Positions 11,554-21,720 of a stretch of DNA of 64,000 nt are shown here, one piece after another. The notes under the pieces are model-generated. The model made no database searches and was not told where the DNA came from. It saw only the letters and a program-made list of their open reading frames with translations. The first letter of the stretch is position 1. Each line of letters opens with the position of its first letter. The stretch lies in assembly GCA_040954595.2 (NCBI GenBank), contig CM082587.2, positions 10,793,403-10,857,402 of the forward strand. The letters run 5' to 3'. Origin of the DNA: Balanoglossus misakiensis. Taxonomy: Eukaryota; Animalia; Hemichordata. Made by a program: the position numbers and the translations under genes.

Positions 11554-12408
11554 TGTAGGGAAGTGACCACAGCAGTGTGAGAAAAGTAAAGACCTGATGC
11601 TAGTAAGGGCAGATTCTAGTTGATTTGAATCAGACTTACCCTCAGCACAAGCTGCTACTTCACACATTGACGGACTGACATCATCACATCTTGCATGATA
11701 CCATGGGTAATTATTTTCAAAGAGGTTTAACCTCACACATTGCCCAGTGGAGGCATCAGGTTCTGTGTCTGCCCATCGACCATCAAAGACACTACCTTTC
11801 CTGCCATCTGAATAATCATATTCCACACTGCCACCTGGATTGGGTCCACTAAATCCTATAAAATGGAAATAAAGAAAGAAGATGCATACAGCAGTGTTTC
11901 ATCCAGGATGGGGGGATATGTCCCCCTTTGCAAGAATAGTTGCACTCTTGCAAGGAGGGGAATGAGTGACATCGCTGAGTCTGTAACGGGCACCATTTCC
12001 CCCTTGACAAATTTCTAGGGGGTGCCAACATGCTGACAGTGGGCGAATTCCCCCATCCCTCCGTCTGGATGAAAAACTGCATACAGAGTCACTTGGCAAG
12101 ATTTTGTGAGGTGATTGAGATGTAAAAAATAGGCTTTTCAATTACCATCTTGAGACAATTATCATTCAAGTGTTACTATGCAGTGCTCACTTGTAAACTG
12201 TCAAATTCCAAAACCAGTTATTTTTTACACTTGATACACCCACAAATTATTTGGGAACACTGAGAAACACTGTTAAAAGACACACTCACCAATCCAACCA
12301 TGGTTCGCTGTTTCATTGGAAGTCTCTTCAATCTGGTTTACAATCTCTGCTCCAGCATAAAGATTTTCAGAATAACCCTCAATTACTGTCAAGTGCCCAC
12401 CATAAAAT
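1..12408 (-). CDS. uif: Partial multi-exon gene for a large extracellular protein, CTLD-LDLa-CUB-CUB-CUB-Sushi x4 (uninflatable-like); continues off the left edge, 5' exons not found
   Basis: 13 exons with canonical GT/AG sites and matching phases at all 12 junctions. Domain order matches the N-terminus of Drosophila Uninflatable as I recall it; orthology needs BLAST confirmation. Confidence 0.7.
395..577 (-). CDS. uif-like exon, Sushi/CCP domain 3
   Basis: 183 bp, phase 1-1, CAG acceptor and GTAAGT donor; ECPPP...YSCPSGY...TCGEDGSWIGDPGYCQ. Confidence 0.92.
690..898. mobile_element. TA-flanked MITE family (Tc1/mariner-type); further copies at 4722-4927, 4973-5137, 10184-10375
   Basis: Termini TA|CTGTAAAACGGGAAA...TCCCGTTTTACAG|TA seen, with variation, in four copies. 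Confidence 0.75.
1031..1210 (-). CDS. uif-like exon, Sushi/CCP domain 2 (not in ORF track)
   Basis: 180 bp, phase 1-1, TAG acceptor and GTAAGT donor; ITCGGPAECSSG...YQCIEGH...ECQADGVWGPLVPQCE. Confidence 0.9.
2220..2405 (-). CDS. uif-like exon, Sushi/CCP domain 1
   Basis: 186 bp, phase 1-1; DCPEIVIGEG...FQCLDGY...TCLFGGNW...PACQ. Confidence 0.92.
2711..3029 (+). mobile_element. 5'-truncated retroposed insertion (LINE 3' UTR-like)
   Basis: 13-bp direct repeat AAATATTGATGCA at 2698-2710 and 3030-3042; AATAAA near 2997 followed by an A-rich tail. Confidence 0.75.
3576..4320. mobile_element. Non-autonomous element with long terminal palindrome and asymmetric inverted repeat (Crypton-like)
   Basis: Hairpin about 4196-4315; IR TTATCATATGCCT (3578-3590) / AGGCATATGATAA (4180-4192); GATTAT at both ends. 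Confidence 0.55.
4499..4682 (-). CDS. uif-like exon, CUB3 C-terminal half
   Basis: 184 bp, phase 0-1; VYNG...GPWSG...VVFRSSRTRPAKGFRASF. Confidence 0.88.
5262..5621. mobile_element. Near-palindromic TTAA-flanked MITE family (Kolobok-like); further copies at 1266-1593, 6102-7035, 7171-7519, 7922-8175
   Basis: Consensus termini TTAA|AGGGACAAAGTCTCTCTC...GAGAGAGACTTTGTCCCT|TTAA; the whole element is largely self-complementary. Confidence 0.85.
5659..5843 (-). CDS. uif-like exon, CUB3 N-terminal half
   Basis: 185 bp, phase 1-0; CQG...GTIQSPGY...YPDDVMCSWVI...FGLE. Confidence 0.9.
6173..6755. mobile_element. TTAA-flanked non-autonomous element nested in the MITE at 6102-7035
   Basis: TIRs AGCCCCAGTATTTCTCGT / ACGAGAAATACTGAGGCT, TTAA on both sides; host MITE resumes after it. 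Confidence 0.85.
7605..7806 (-). CDS. uif-like exon, CUB2 C-terminal half
   Basis: 202 bp, phase 0-1; FISFATEDGADQVSVYDG...VDFKSYDAVTMRGFHAHY. Confidence 0.92.
8611..8762 (-). CDS. uif-like exon, CUB2 N-terminal half
   Basis: 152 bp, phase 1-0; CGGNF...YLNNEDCNWQL. Confidence 0.9.
8990..9191 (-). CDS. uif-like exon, CUB1 C-terminal half
   Basis: 202 bp, phase 0-1; FPYFDSELYHDTVVIVDG...SSGNAMLVKFLSDSS...GFEASW. Confidence 0.92.
9738..9871 (-). CDS. uif-like exon, CUB1 N-terminal half (not in ORF track)
   Basis: 134 bp, phase 1-0; TCGGLETGVSGTFHSTGYPDDNYYILQECIWTI. Confidence 0.9.
10652..10756 (-). CDS. uif-like exon, LDL-receptor class A repeat (not in ORF track)
   Basis: 105 bp, phase 1-1; [33 protein letters not shown]. 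Confidence 0.93.
11236..11550. repeat. Polypyrimidine/polypurine tract ending in (CT)n
   Basis: About 315 bp almost exclusively C/T on the + strand. Confidence 0.95.
11640..11855 (-). CDS. uif-like exon, C-type lectin C-terminal part
   Basis: 216 bp, phase 1-1; WADTEPD...QCV...WYHARCD...SMCE. Confidence 0.9.
12290..12408 (-). CDS. uif-like exon, C-type lectin middle part (not in ORF track)
   Basis: 119 bp, phase 2-1, CAG acceptor and GTGAGT donor; FYGGHLTVIEGYSEN...GWI(G), giving the WIG motif across the junction. Confidence 0.88.
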
Positions 12409-13540
12409 CTGAAAATAAACCAATTTATAACACATCAAACATGTTCCAAACTAATTTCGAAATTCCAGTCCGAGAATAATACCTTTCCTCTTTGAAAACA
12501 TTTAATATTGGTGAATAAGAGGTTCATAAATGTATAACATTAGATTTTTGTTTGTAAAGTCTATAATTTGTGTTACACCTTTCCAATAAGTGTGTAATTA
12601 GTGTAGATTTCGGCAGAATTTCTGGGAAAAAAGAATCTGTGAAAAATTCACCTGAATTTTGGGGAGAAAAAAATCTGCTGAACGTTTCCTTTCAATAAAA
12701 AAGTTCAGCTTAATTTTTTTAGAGAAAACATGACAATTTCCAGGAAATGGCTGTTGTTGTTTTGTTTTGTTTTTGGTGTGAATAAACTTAAAAGACAAAT
12801 TCTGATACAGTTGCATCAAGGTGATGGAAGAAAATCCCAGATTAACAGGATATTTGGAAAATTTATCCAGAATTCCAAAATTAGTTCGAAATGTGACATT
12901 GTGTTATCAATGATCTGTGTTGAGCAGTCGAACGATGAACGGGTAGTTGACAATTCCCACGAGCACACCCCGTACCCTTTCTCGGTAGTTGCGCCGGGCC
13001 GGTCGGCAATGTCACAGAAAAAGTGGTACGATATGCCAGCTGAGTCATTCCTAGTCTAAAATTCAGAGTATACAAGGCCGTCTCTAGCTAAATATTATAA
13101 TAACTATCGAGAAAGATGGCAATATCAGCGAATGTGGGGCTGCAGGCATGCAGAATATATGACCAAAGGATCCGCGTGAAAAAAAGACAATTACCTACTT
13201 TGCTACCGTGGGTCTTTGACTGATTAATACTCGATAACGTGCATCAAAGCCAGCCCAGGCTTCAGGGGCATAATATTCCCGAGTTTATACGCGAAGAAAC
13301 CAAGAAATATTCATGAGTATGTCGACAGAACTTGTCTTTTAGCTCAAATTTGACCTGGCTTAAGGTCACTGCGACAGCGCAGCCAGCGGTAGAATTCCTG
13401 ATTCCCGAATAACTAACTCTCGCGAGAGTTGATCTAGTGCGCTTGCGCAGTGTGCGAAATGTTTGTCCTACCGCTTGGATTGGAGGGTAGGGCACTTTCC
13501 GACTGTATTGTTTACAAAGTGACCTGCGGTTGCTAGGATA

Positions 13541-16500
13541 ATGCCCGAGTTTCAATGCGCAGTTACGGGTTGCAAATCCCATACACGGAAGTTGCGTAAT
13601 TTAGATAAGTACCCGTTGATGTCAGGAGTGACTTTCCACGCATTTCCGCATCGAATTTACCAGAAAAATATTCGCCGAAAGTGGATATCAGCGTGCCACC
13701 GGGAACCATCTTGGATTCCCAACAAGTTTTCAAGGTTATGTTCACGCCATTTCGATGAACATAATGTTCCGTCAACGGGTGACTGGAAGCACAACATCGT
13801 CCCACATAAATTTGCATATAATGACTGGGGGCAACGGAATTCATCAGAATCATTACGTCCACGAAACCTGTGGCAGCAACGCCAACGGATTTACGATGTA
13901 CCGGTACACACGGTACAGGCCGCCGCTGAGCAGACGGTAGATTTTGCGACCAGTTGCCGACCCACGTCTGGAGTTTCTGCTGACTGCTGCCTCGGAAGCC
14001 AAACGTGTCACCCGTCTGTGTCCACCAAATGTAAGTACTACATGTATACCGCTTTGAACGTCCATGTGCACCCGTCAAATGACGTGTGAAAATACCAGTG
14101 GTTGTCTCATGTACTTTTCGTTATCACAACGTACTAAAACATTTACGATCACCGATCTGGTCATTGACAAAAGTTTCTCGTTTGCCGTACTTTCTTTCTG
14201 TCGGCATGAATATTGCTAGGATATGAAAACGCTGATAATTTGAAGAGAAAAATGTATTGTCTCTTGTAACCTAACGAAAACTGGTCACCATTCACAAACG
14301 CGGATGCCAAAACCACGGTGATATCAACAGCGCGCTTGTGCGCGTCTACGCGTGTGATAATCAGCGCGTCTACGCCGCCATGTGTTCAATGCATGCCGGT
14401 GTTGTGCCGAATTCGGCCCCATGCCGAATACGTCCCGCGCATGCTCGGGTCATCAGTAACATGTGTCTGAAATATTGCATTTTCTTGTGTGAAAGTTTTG
14501 CCATCCAACGTGCATGTAAGGCTGTGCATGAATGTACATTGTACTGCACTGTAAACTTGGACATTGCATTACCGCAAGGATTTAATTTCATTCCACCAAC
14601 AAATCAGGGCCATGGGCAGATATTCACCCATTTAGGCCGAAACCATCACTTTTAGCTTTCAATAGTTAACATGACTTTAGTTGGGGTCTTAATCGGCAAC
14701 GGGGCTGAAATCAGCAGCTTTACCTGCCGATCTTATCCCTTAGAAGCCATGGTTTGTTTGTCAAGGCATGCGCGGGGACGTATTCGGCAAGGGGCCGAAT
14801 TCGGCACAACACCGGCGCATGATAATGATGATAGCATCGCTTTCGTTCGTTCGAATTGAAATGTACTTGGTCTTGTTGTGACCTTCAGTTTTTGGACCTA
14901 AACATTGGCCAAATGACTGTAGTTTCGTGAAAGGAATATGTCAACGATAATATATGGTTCTGATCATTTTGTCAAACTTTACCATAGATGCAGTCTTTGA
15001 TATCACCAATCCTCCAAGTGATGATCATGCCTACTGTAGAACTGATCTGAATGAAAATAGTTCTGGTGTGTCTGTTGCTACCCAAACAGATATTACAGGT
15101 AAAGTATAGTATTAATTGTCTTTAACACTCAAAGCTCATTTTTATAGATGATTATTGATATTTTCTTTTAATTCGTTGTCAATATTTTTATATAAATTTG
15201 TCTGTTTTAAAAAAGGATATTTTATACAACCTTATTATCACTGTTGTTGTACAAATAAATGATCATATCCTCTTCAGGAAGTAAATTGTTGTACATGTAC
15301 ATTTTGCTTAAACATAGAAAAGAGTTACAGCTAATGGAACTTAAAATTAACAAATTTTTAATTTTTTGTTCAAGGGTCACATCTGCAGCAAGCCCAAGAA
15401 ATCAATATATTTTTACAAAAAAGGGTAAATGAACTGGAGAATGTCTTGAGTGATAAAGATAAATTACGGCGCGATTTAACTGTGGATTGTTTGCTGAAAA
15501 GTGATAAAAGCTGCATGAAATACACAGGTAAGCTATGGAAATCATGTATATGGTACATATTGGAAAAAAGCTTAGACTTGGCAATGACTTCACTGTTTTC
15601 CTCATTTTACAGTGAAGAGTGGTATATCTGCTGTCTGTATTTGTAGTGTTTTTTAGGGGCCCGTGCCTAAAGGGCCTATGGTCAATCTGGAAAACCATAG
15701 CAGCTACCGGGCTAAAGCTTGGAATAGTGATAGAGGCCAATGAGTTGTGTGCCATGAACTTGTGAATTTTTTATTTTGTCGTGAAATCTGATAATTAGAT
15801 AATTTCTTATTACATACTGTAGGTATAAAATCAAGAAGCCAACTTACTGATGTTTTTGATATTGCATCGTCATCAACAAATATAAAATACTGGCAAGGAA
15901 AACCTAGTCTCAGGTAATATTTCCATTTTTTTTGTTATTTCTCAATCATTTGTTACTTGATTCTGTGTCAGAAAGAGATAGTGTTTGACCATATCATTGT
16001 GCATGTATCTAGCCAATGACATATTTTCCCTAGGTGACTTTGCGAAAAGTTTATCTATTATTTAGACACTCCTCTAACCATATATTGGCATATGTAAATT
16101 GTTTGCAGCCCTTTAAGATGATGGATAACTTGCTGGGCTCTATTCATGCATGTTTTTCTGACCATTTGTCCATCAGAAACTCTTCGCTAGGATAGGGATG
16201 GTGTACCTTCATGAACTTTGTTTCACTCATCACTTGCTTTTATCCCAACATAATGATTTATTGCTGGCCAATTTTCAGGGAAGAGAACAATGGAGGAACC
16301 ATACCCAGGAAACGAGGAAGACAGCGAAAACTCAGTCCTTTTCAGGAGTTTATGTGGACACTCATGAGGCTACGGGTGGGATTGTCTTTGTTTATTTTAG
16401 CTGACATGTTTGGTACATCAACCACTCGAGTGTCCCAGGTGTTCATAACATGGATTAATGTATTGTCGTCAGCTATGTCTCCTCTTCTGAAATGGCCATC

Positions 16501-17090
16501 CAGGAGACGTGTGTCGAAAAACTTGCCTCGTAGTTTTAAGTCAAAGTATAGAACGACCAGAGTAATCATTGATTGCACAGAATTTTATATACAAAAACCA
16601 TCAATGCCCAAAGCACAATATATAACATACTCTAATTACAAATCACGAAATACATGTAAAGCTCTTATAGGTATAACACCAGATGGGTTCATCAGTTTTG
16701 TTTCAAAGTTGTGGGGTGGGAATGCATCTGATCGACACATTACTAAGGAATGTGGTATAATTGATTTGCTTGAAAGGGGGGACTTGGTCATGGCTGATAG
16801 GGGTTTTTTGATAAGGGATTTATGTTTGAAAAGGCATGCAGATCTTGCAATTCCACCGTTCACACGCAAATGTTCATGGGGAAAGGGTAAACATCTTAGT
16901 TTGAAAGAAATTGTGAAAACTCGTGATATTGCCAGATTGAGAATCCATGTTGAGAGAGCCATTGAAAGAATAAAAAAAAATTCCCTTTTATCTCAAATCA
17001 TACCATTGTCTCTTAAAACCTGTTACCAATCAGATGTTGATAGTTGCAGCAGCACTGTGCAATCTTTATGAACCACTTGTGAAGAATTAA
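13541..17090 (+). CDS. THAP-domain DDE transposase (HARBI1/DDE_Tnp_4-like). Exons 13541-14030, 14988-15098, 15375-15527, 15823-15913, 16279-17090; +1 frameshift in the A-run at 17015-17018
   Basis: THAP C2CH (CAVTGC...W...LCSRHF...VP), DHAY motif, coiled coil, YTG motif, HTH region (LMRLR), catalytic IIDCTE / MADRGF / HVERAI. Splice phases match. A typical C-terminus (QMLIVAAALCNLYEPLV) lies in the shifted frame. Confidence 0.9.
14395..14816. mobile_element. MITE in transposase intron 1, about 50-bp TIRs, 4-bp TSD GCAT
   Basis: GCCGGTGTTGTGCCGAATTCGGCCCC... inverted at both ends; GCAT at 14391-14394 and 14817-14820. Confidence 0.85.
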
Positions 17091-17359
17091 CATTCGCAAT
17101 TCTGGTGCAACAAAATGACAGAAATGCAAATAAATATAATATATCAAGAAAATTATTGTTTTGCGCTTTTTCTTTTTTTCATTTACAGCATAATTGTCCC
17201 CTAAAATAAATTTTCTCATGGAAAAGATTGTATTGCTGTCTTTTTCCCCAGAAACCACTCAGAGAAATGAATGTTATAATTCATGTGGGGTAAAACTGTT
17301 ATTTATTACCGGATTCAAAACACAACACTCAAAAATTTACAGTGGCAACAAATTTCTCT

Positions 17360-19522
17360 TTAAATGTTTGGAAACACCCAAGAAAGGAATATATCTGTCA
17401 ATCTGGTGCTTAACAAATCCCAGAATTCTTTATCACGGTATATTCTCTCTACATGAACATATGGATGCTTTCCTAAATACAAAACAAAATCACAGTATTC
17501 CACCCTGGCTATTGCCATCTGCATTTGAATTTGGGTCAGCCATGGACCAGATTCGAGATGAATATTTTTGTTTTGGTCCATGCTGACATTATTTTTCAGT
17601 TTCACGTATTCTTGTAAATCACACTCGGCACCAGTGCTTGGGCATTTAATTTCTATTACCCCCCTCCCATGACACTGACATTCAACCATGCCATCTGGGC
17701 TTGCCCCAAAATGTGGTTGACCTGGGTCAACAAATAACCCTGTTTCCCTTATTTTAAAATTTTTATGCGTTTTTTCATTTTCTATAAAATATAAACTTCT
17801 AGCAACATTTTCTTTTTCTATGCCATATTCAGTGTGAAAATTTCCTGAGAAGTGATTACAATTAAGAATGGATTTAAGAATTGAATGATTGGATGATTGA
17901 TTTTTAACATGAACAATTTTATAAGCTAAACTGGCGGTAATTCTCCCAACCCTCTGATTAACCCACCCTTGATTGGTTGCTTGACCCCTGGTGCTTTCCT
18001 CAATTAAATTACATAGATCCTGGGTATATTCTGACGCAAGTGATTCAATCCCCCCATTTAATTTATGTTTCCTGCAAATTTCTGTAAATGTTGGTAAATG
18101 AGCGTCATCACTTTCAGAGTCACTGTCTGACAAGTAGCGGCTGGCAAGTGAATCTATTTCACACACACGTTTCCATCTGAAACAAAATATAAATATGTTG
18201 TCTGTAGTGTCGGGTCCATCAGTGAAGTACACAACAGGTTGACTCAAAGAACAACTTTAATGCATGCACAACACGAGTCAGCAAAACTACAGAAGCGAGG
18301 CTTGATCATCACCGGGCATCATGGGAAATACAGGCCATGCAATGTAAATCATATGTGTAACAACTACTCATGCCAGGCTCATATGACTGGCGTGGTGCTA
18401 CATGGTCCTAATTCTTACCTTTTTTTCAAGGTCATCTGGCATTGTTGCAGGCTTGTACATGCTAACTGTTGGTTGTGTCAGTTGAGAGCTCCTCTTTTTT
18501 CTAACATCGATGTCGTCCAGGAGCTGTGGTACCACAGACTTTTTGGGGCGGTCCCATTGACACTGGACATCAGTCCCAACCACAGTGTTTCTGTCCTGGT
18601 GTCGCTCGCCAAACGACCATAAGCCAAACAACATGGCGGCAACATGTTTGCACGCCTGGTCATCCCTGTGACAAGAAATGCAGTTTTCATCAATGAATTG
18701 ATTCAGCTAACTGTCTATAAAATGATATTGCCTGATAGTAAGTTTGAAAAAAAAATGATTACCGGGATGCATCATATTCGTACTTTGGTTATAAATGTGT
18801 GAAATTGTATTTAGTTGCTACTTACGCAGGGCATTCACAAGATGACGACATGATATTTGCTTCCTCTAAAATCACCCATAACTTGTACAGAGCTTGTTGT
18901 TCAGTTTCTCTGACACACACTCCTCTTACATATATAAATCTGTCATCGATCTTGTACATTTGTACCTAACACAAGTGAAGTTGTCAAGAAGGAAAAAAAA
19001 GTTGGTCAAATTATGATGCAATGCATATAAGAACTTGGATTAAAACTGGGTCCAGCTCAGCGCTAGCAATGTGGGTTAACCCATATATAATGTTCTACAT
19101 TATTCCTACACATCAATGATCATATGAAGCAAAGAATTCGTCAGGCTATCATCATTGCTTGATGTGTGCACAAGGGACTCAAAGCCAATGAGCCCACACA
19201 GGAGATTCACTACAACTATAGTGTACAAGCATTTACATGTAAAGCAAACTGTACTCAAACTATTTTTCTATATACATTCTGAGATTCAAGCAAAAATGGG
19301 AAAACAAGATACAAGTAGAAACTTACTTTATTGACATGGCCATCATTATGTAGTTTCCATCCATCTGATAATTTGTAATTATTGATCATTGACTTAGACC
19401 ACCCATTGGAAAATAAAAACATAATAACCCTTGGAAGTTCAACATCTGGTAAAAGGTTCAGATCATCTGTCCATTCCTTTACACTGTCAGGGTTAACCAG
19501 CAATCTCGCATCAGAGGTAGTT
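17360..19522 (-). CDS. SWIM zinc finger + YqaJ-like (lambda-exonuclease family, PD-(D/E)XK) nuclease. Exons 19327-19522, 18826-18965, 18419-18665, 17360-18176; one-base phase mismatch at the last junction
   Basis: WTDDL..LP and GHV motifs; SWIM CECPADDQACKH spliced across two exons; TRGQ...W...R..RITAS, ASPDG, EIKCP, QIQMQM, CDFV. Confidence 0.88.
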
Positions 19523-19809
19523 CTGTACATCCAAAATGAAAATACAGTCAGATAAAAATATCATGAGCTAATATTTATTGACCATCGTTTAATTGTAAGC
19601 TTCTTGTAAAACTGTGATGCATGCACACAAAGATTATGTAACTTTTGTGTGACATGCACGCAAAAAAAAAAAAAAAAACATTGAAAGAAAACAGAACGGG
19701 CGAGGCTAGGACTCCGATCTGTAGGCGCTTTACATGCTGTAGCAGTATCGTACAGTGATGTAGGCCTACGTACGTGCGGTAACCCGAACCACAAACTGGA
19801 TTGGGCACG

Positions 19810-19955
19810 TGTCAGCTCTATAATTTATGCACGCAGAAACCATTAATGTCAGCTCTATAATTTATGCACGCAGAAACCATTGATGTCAGCTCTATAATTT
19901 ATGCACGCAGAAACCATTGATGTCAGCTCTATAATTTATGCACGCAGAAACCATT
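19810..19955. repeat. 37-bp minisatellite x4
   Basis: TGTCAGCTCTATAATTTATGCACGCAGAAACCATT(A/G)A starting at 19810, 19847, 19884, 19921. Confidence 0.95.
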
Positions 19956-20098
19956 TAGATGACAACAAGTAGGGCTTTTTGCTGATACATGTAACACAAA
20001 AATTCGCTACCTTGTATGTACTAATGCGTGGGGGGGGGGGGGACCAACACTATCTCTTTCATGATGTTTATTTACTTCATTCGCTAGAGGGTGTGGGG

Positions 20099-20619
20099 CT
20101 TGCCTCTCAAGAGGGCGCCCTCAATGACCTTTGGCTTTTCAGAGACGCGGTCAAGAGGTCTCTCCAAATCCGTTTCGTTCAACCAATGAGAGCGCTGAAG
20201 TGGCGTTCGATTTAGGGGAAGGTAACTGATTCGTCAATGGCGTTCCACCGGAAGTATCACCATGGTTGCCTACTTACTTCACGATTTCATTTTTATAGAT
20301 CGATCGCCAAAAATTGAGATAATCCGAATTATTTTACACGTAATCATAATTTACGCGTACAAGTGTTGTTTGATGTTCTGAACGTCTGTTCTACACTATG
20401 CCACGTCACGTGACAGGGACGTTACGCGTACTGATCGAACGTGCACGCGATCCATGCACGCGATGGAACTTCTGTCTGGCATATTAGCCAATCACATGAA
20501 GCAACATCTTGCATGGTACTAGCCAATCAGAGCGCGAGCTCAAACGGATTTGGAGAGACGTCTTGCACCGCGTCTCTGAAAAGCCAAAGGTCATTGACGG
20601 CGCCCTCTGGAAAGGCAAG
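20099..20619. mobile_element. MITE with about 78-bp TIRs and 8-bp TSD GTGTGGGG
   Basis: CTTGCC...CCAAATCCGTTT inverted at both ends; TSD at 20091-20098 and 20620-20627. Confidence 0.88.
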
Positions 20620-20764
20620 GTGTGGGGCTAGCTAGACCACGGCGTCATGGAACAATAAAGTGTATGGATAATTTAGCATAGGCCTAAACGAACACACAAT
20701 AAATTATTTCGTGTTTTTTTTTATGTGAACGAGAACTACACTCACGAACGGCCTAGCTACAGCT

Positions 20765-20836
20765 GGACTTGCAAAATATGCGAGCGAACGCACTAGCGCC
20801 GGACTTGCAAAATATGCGAGCGAACGCACTAGCGCC
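20765..20836. repeat. 36-bp tandem duplication
   Basis: GGACTTGCAAAATATGCGAGCGAACGCACTAGCGCC twice. Confidence 0.95.
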
Positions 20837-21351
20837 GCGTTCCGCGGAAGTGATGGAGCAATCTACAACCGCACGCGCGCACGCGCCCGGCCCAGCGCGC
20901 GCGGCAGACGATCGTACGACTCCGTTGCTAGCCAGGACAGACGCGTTCGTATACAGTGCATGTACTGATGTAAGGAAGGGTATGCAATCGCTCTCATGGA
21001 GTCTGGCGACGTGCGTTACCAAAAAGGGGGGACAGGGGGGACACTTTGTTCTACGGAGCAGAGAGTGCCATCGAAGTGTAGTCAATAATTTTCATTTTTG
21101 CTTAGAATGTGTCTTGAAAAGTTATGGATTAATCATGAATAAAAAACGGAAAAATACAACAAATCCGTATACAAAACCATTGCGAATCTGGTGACCGGAA
21201 GTGCCGTGTTCGATCGCCGGGTTGTGTATGTGTATGAAACTATGCGTGAGCTCAGCTCAGCTCCTCCCAGTCATGGTGGACGTTGTTCATGTGCATCACT
21301 GTTATATTTGCTATGATTTTTTTTTCATGAAACAGTATGTCCTATGTATAC

Positions 21352-21389
21352 CTTTCAGAGAGAAATTTGCGACATCGCCCAAACGCCAT
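21352..21389 (-). CDS. Candidate first coding exon of the SWIM-YqaJ gene (MAFGRCRKFLSE-R)
   Basis: AAAATGGCG start context, GTATAC donor, phase 2 matching the acceptor at 19522; no homology support. Confidence 0.35.
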
Positions 21390-21720
21390 TTTACGTCGGT
21401 AACGCACGTCCCCAGGACGAGTGACACTTTTCGATCGATAATATCTCGAATGTTCGACCGACTTTTGAAAATTGAAAAGCCAGACATTAGGTTTCTATCT
21501 AATCTAAAACGCATACTCTGGTTTGGTAACGATCTTCTGTCGGGGTACTTGCTGGTCGCCCGCCTTCGCAGTCACCTCATCACTCCTGGGTGGAGCTTCT
21601 GTCTCACCGTCCGAGTCGACAACGGGTCGATCGGACTTGCGCTTATAGACCATGAGCCAGTAGGGGTTTACCTCCCCCCCCCCCCCCCCCCGGGGGGAAT
21701 TTTCGAGACAATGTTTTTCT

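Larger units (their letters stand above)
13541..21389. mobile_element. ISL2EU-type (PIF/Harbinger-related) DNA transposon with convergent THAP-DDE transposase and SWIM-YqaJ nuclease genes; termini not located
   Basis: Tail-to-tail gene pair about 270 bp apart (17090/17360); this combination is the established ISL2EU organisation. Confidence 0.85.

Noticed and set aside
11215-11640. Pro/Ser-rich and Glu/Arg/Gly-rich ORFs
   Set aside because: Translations of the polypyrimidine tract; the real exon ends at the donor at 11640.
12600-13540. Left TIR of the ISL2EU element
   Set aside because: No convincing inverted match to 19.6-21.7 kb or 25.5-26.4 kb found by eye; boundaries not called.
16211-16278. 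N-terminal extensions of track ORFs 16211-17071 and 17360-18247
   Set aside because: Intronic read-through upstream of the acceptors at 16279 and 18176.
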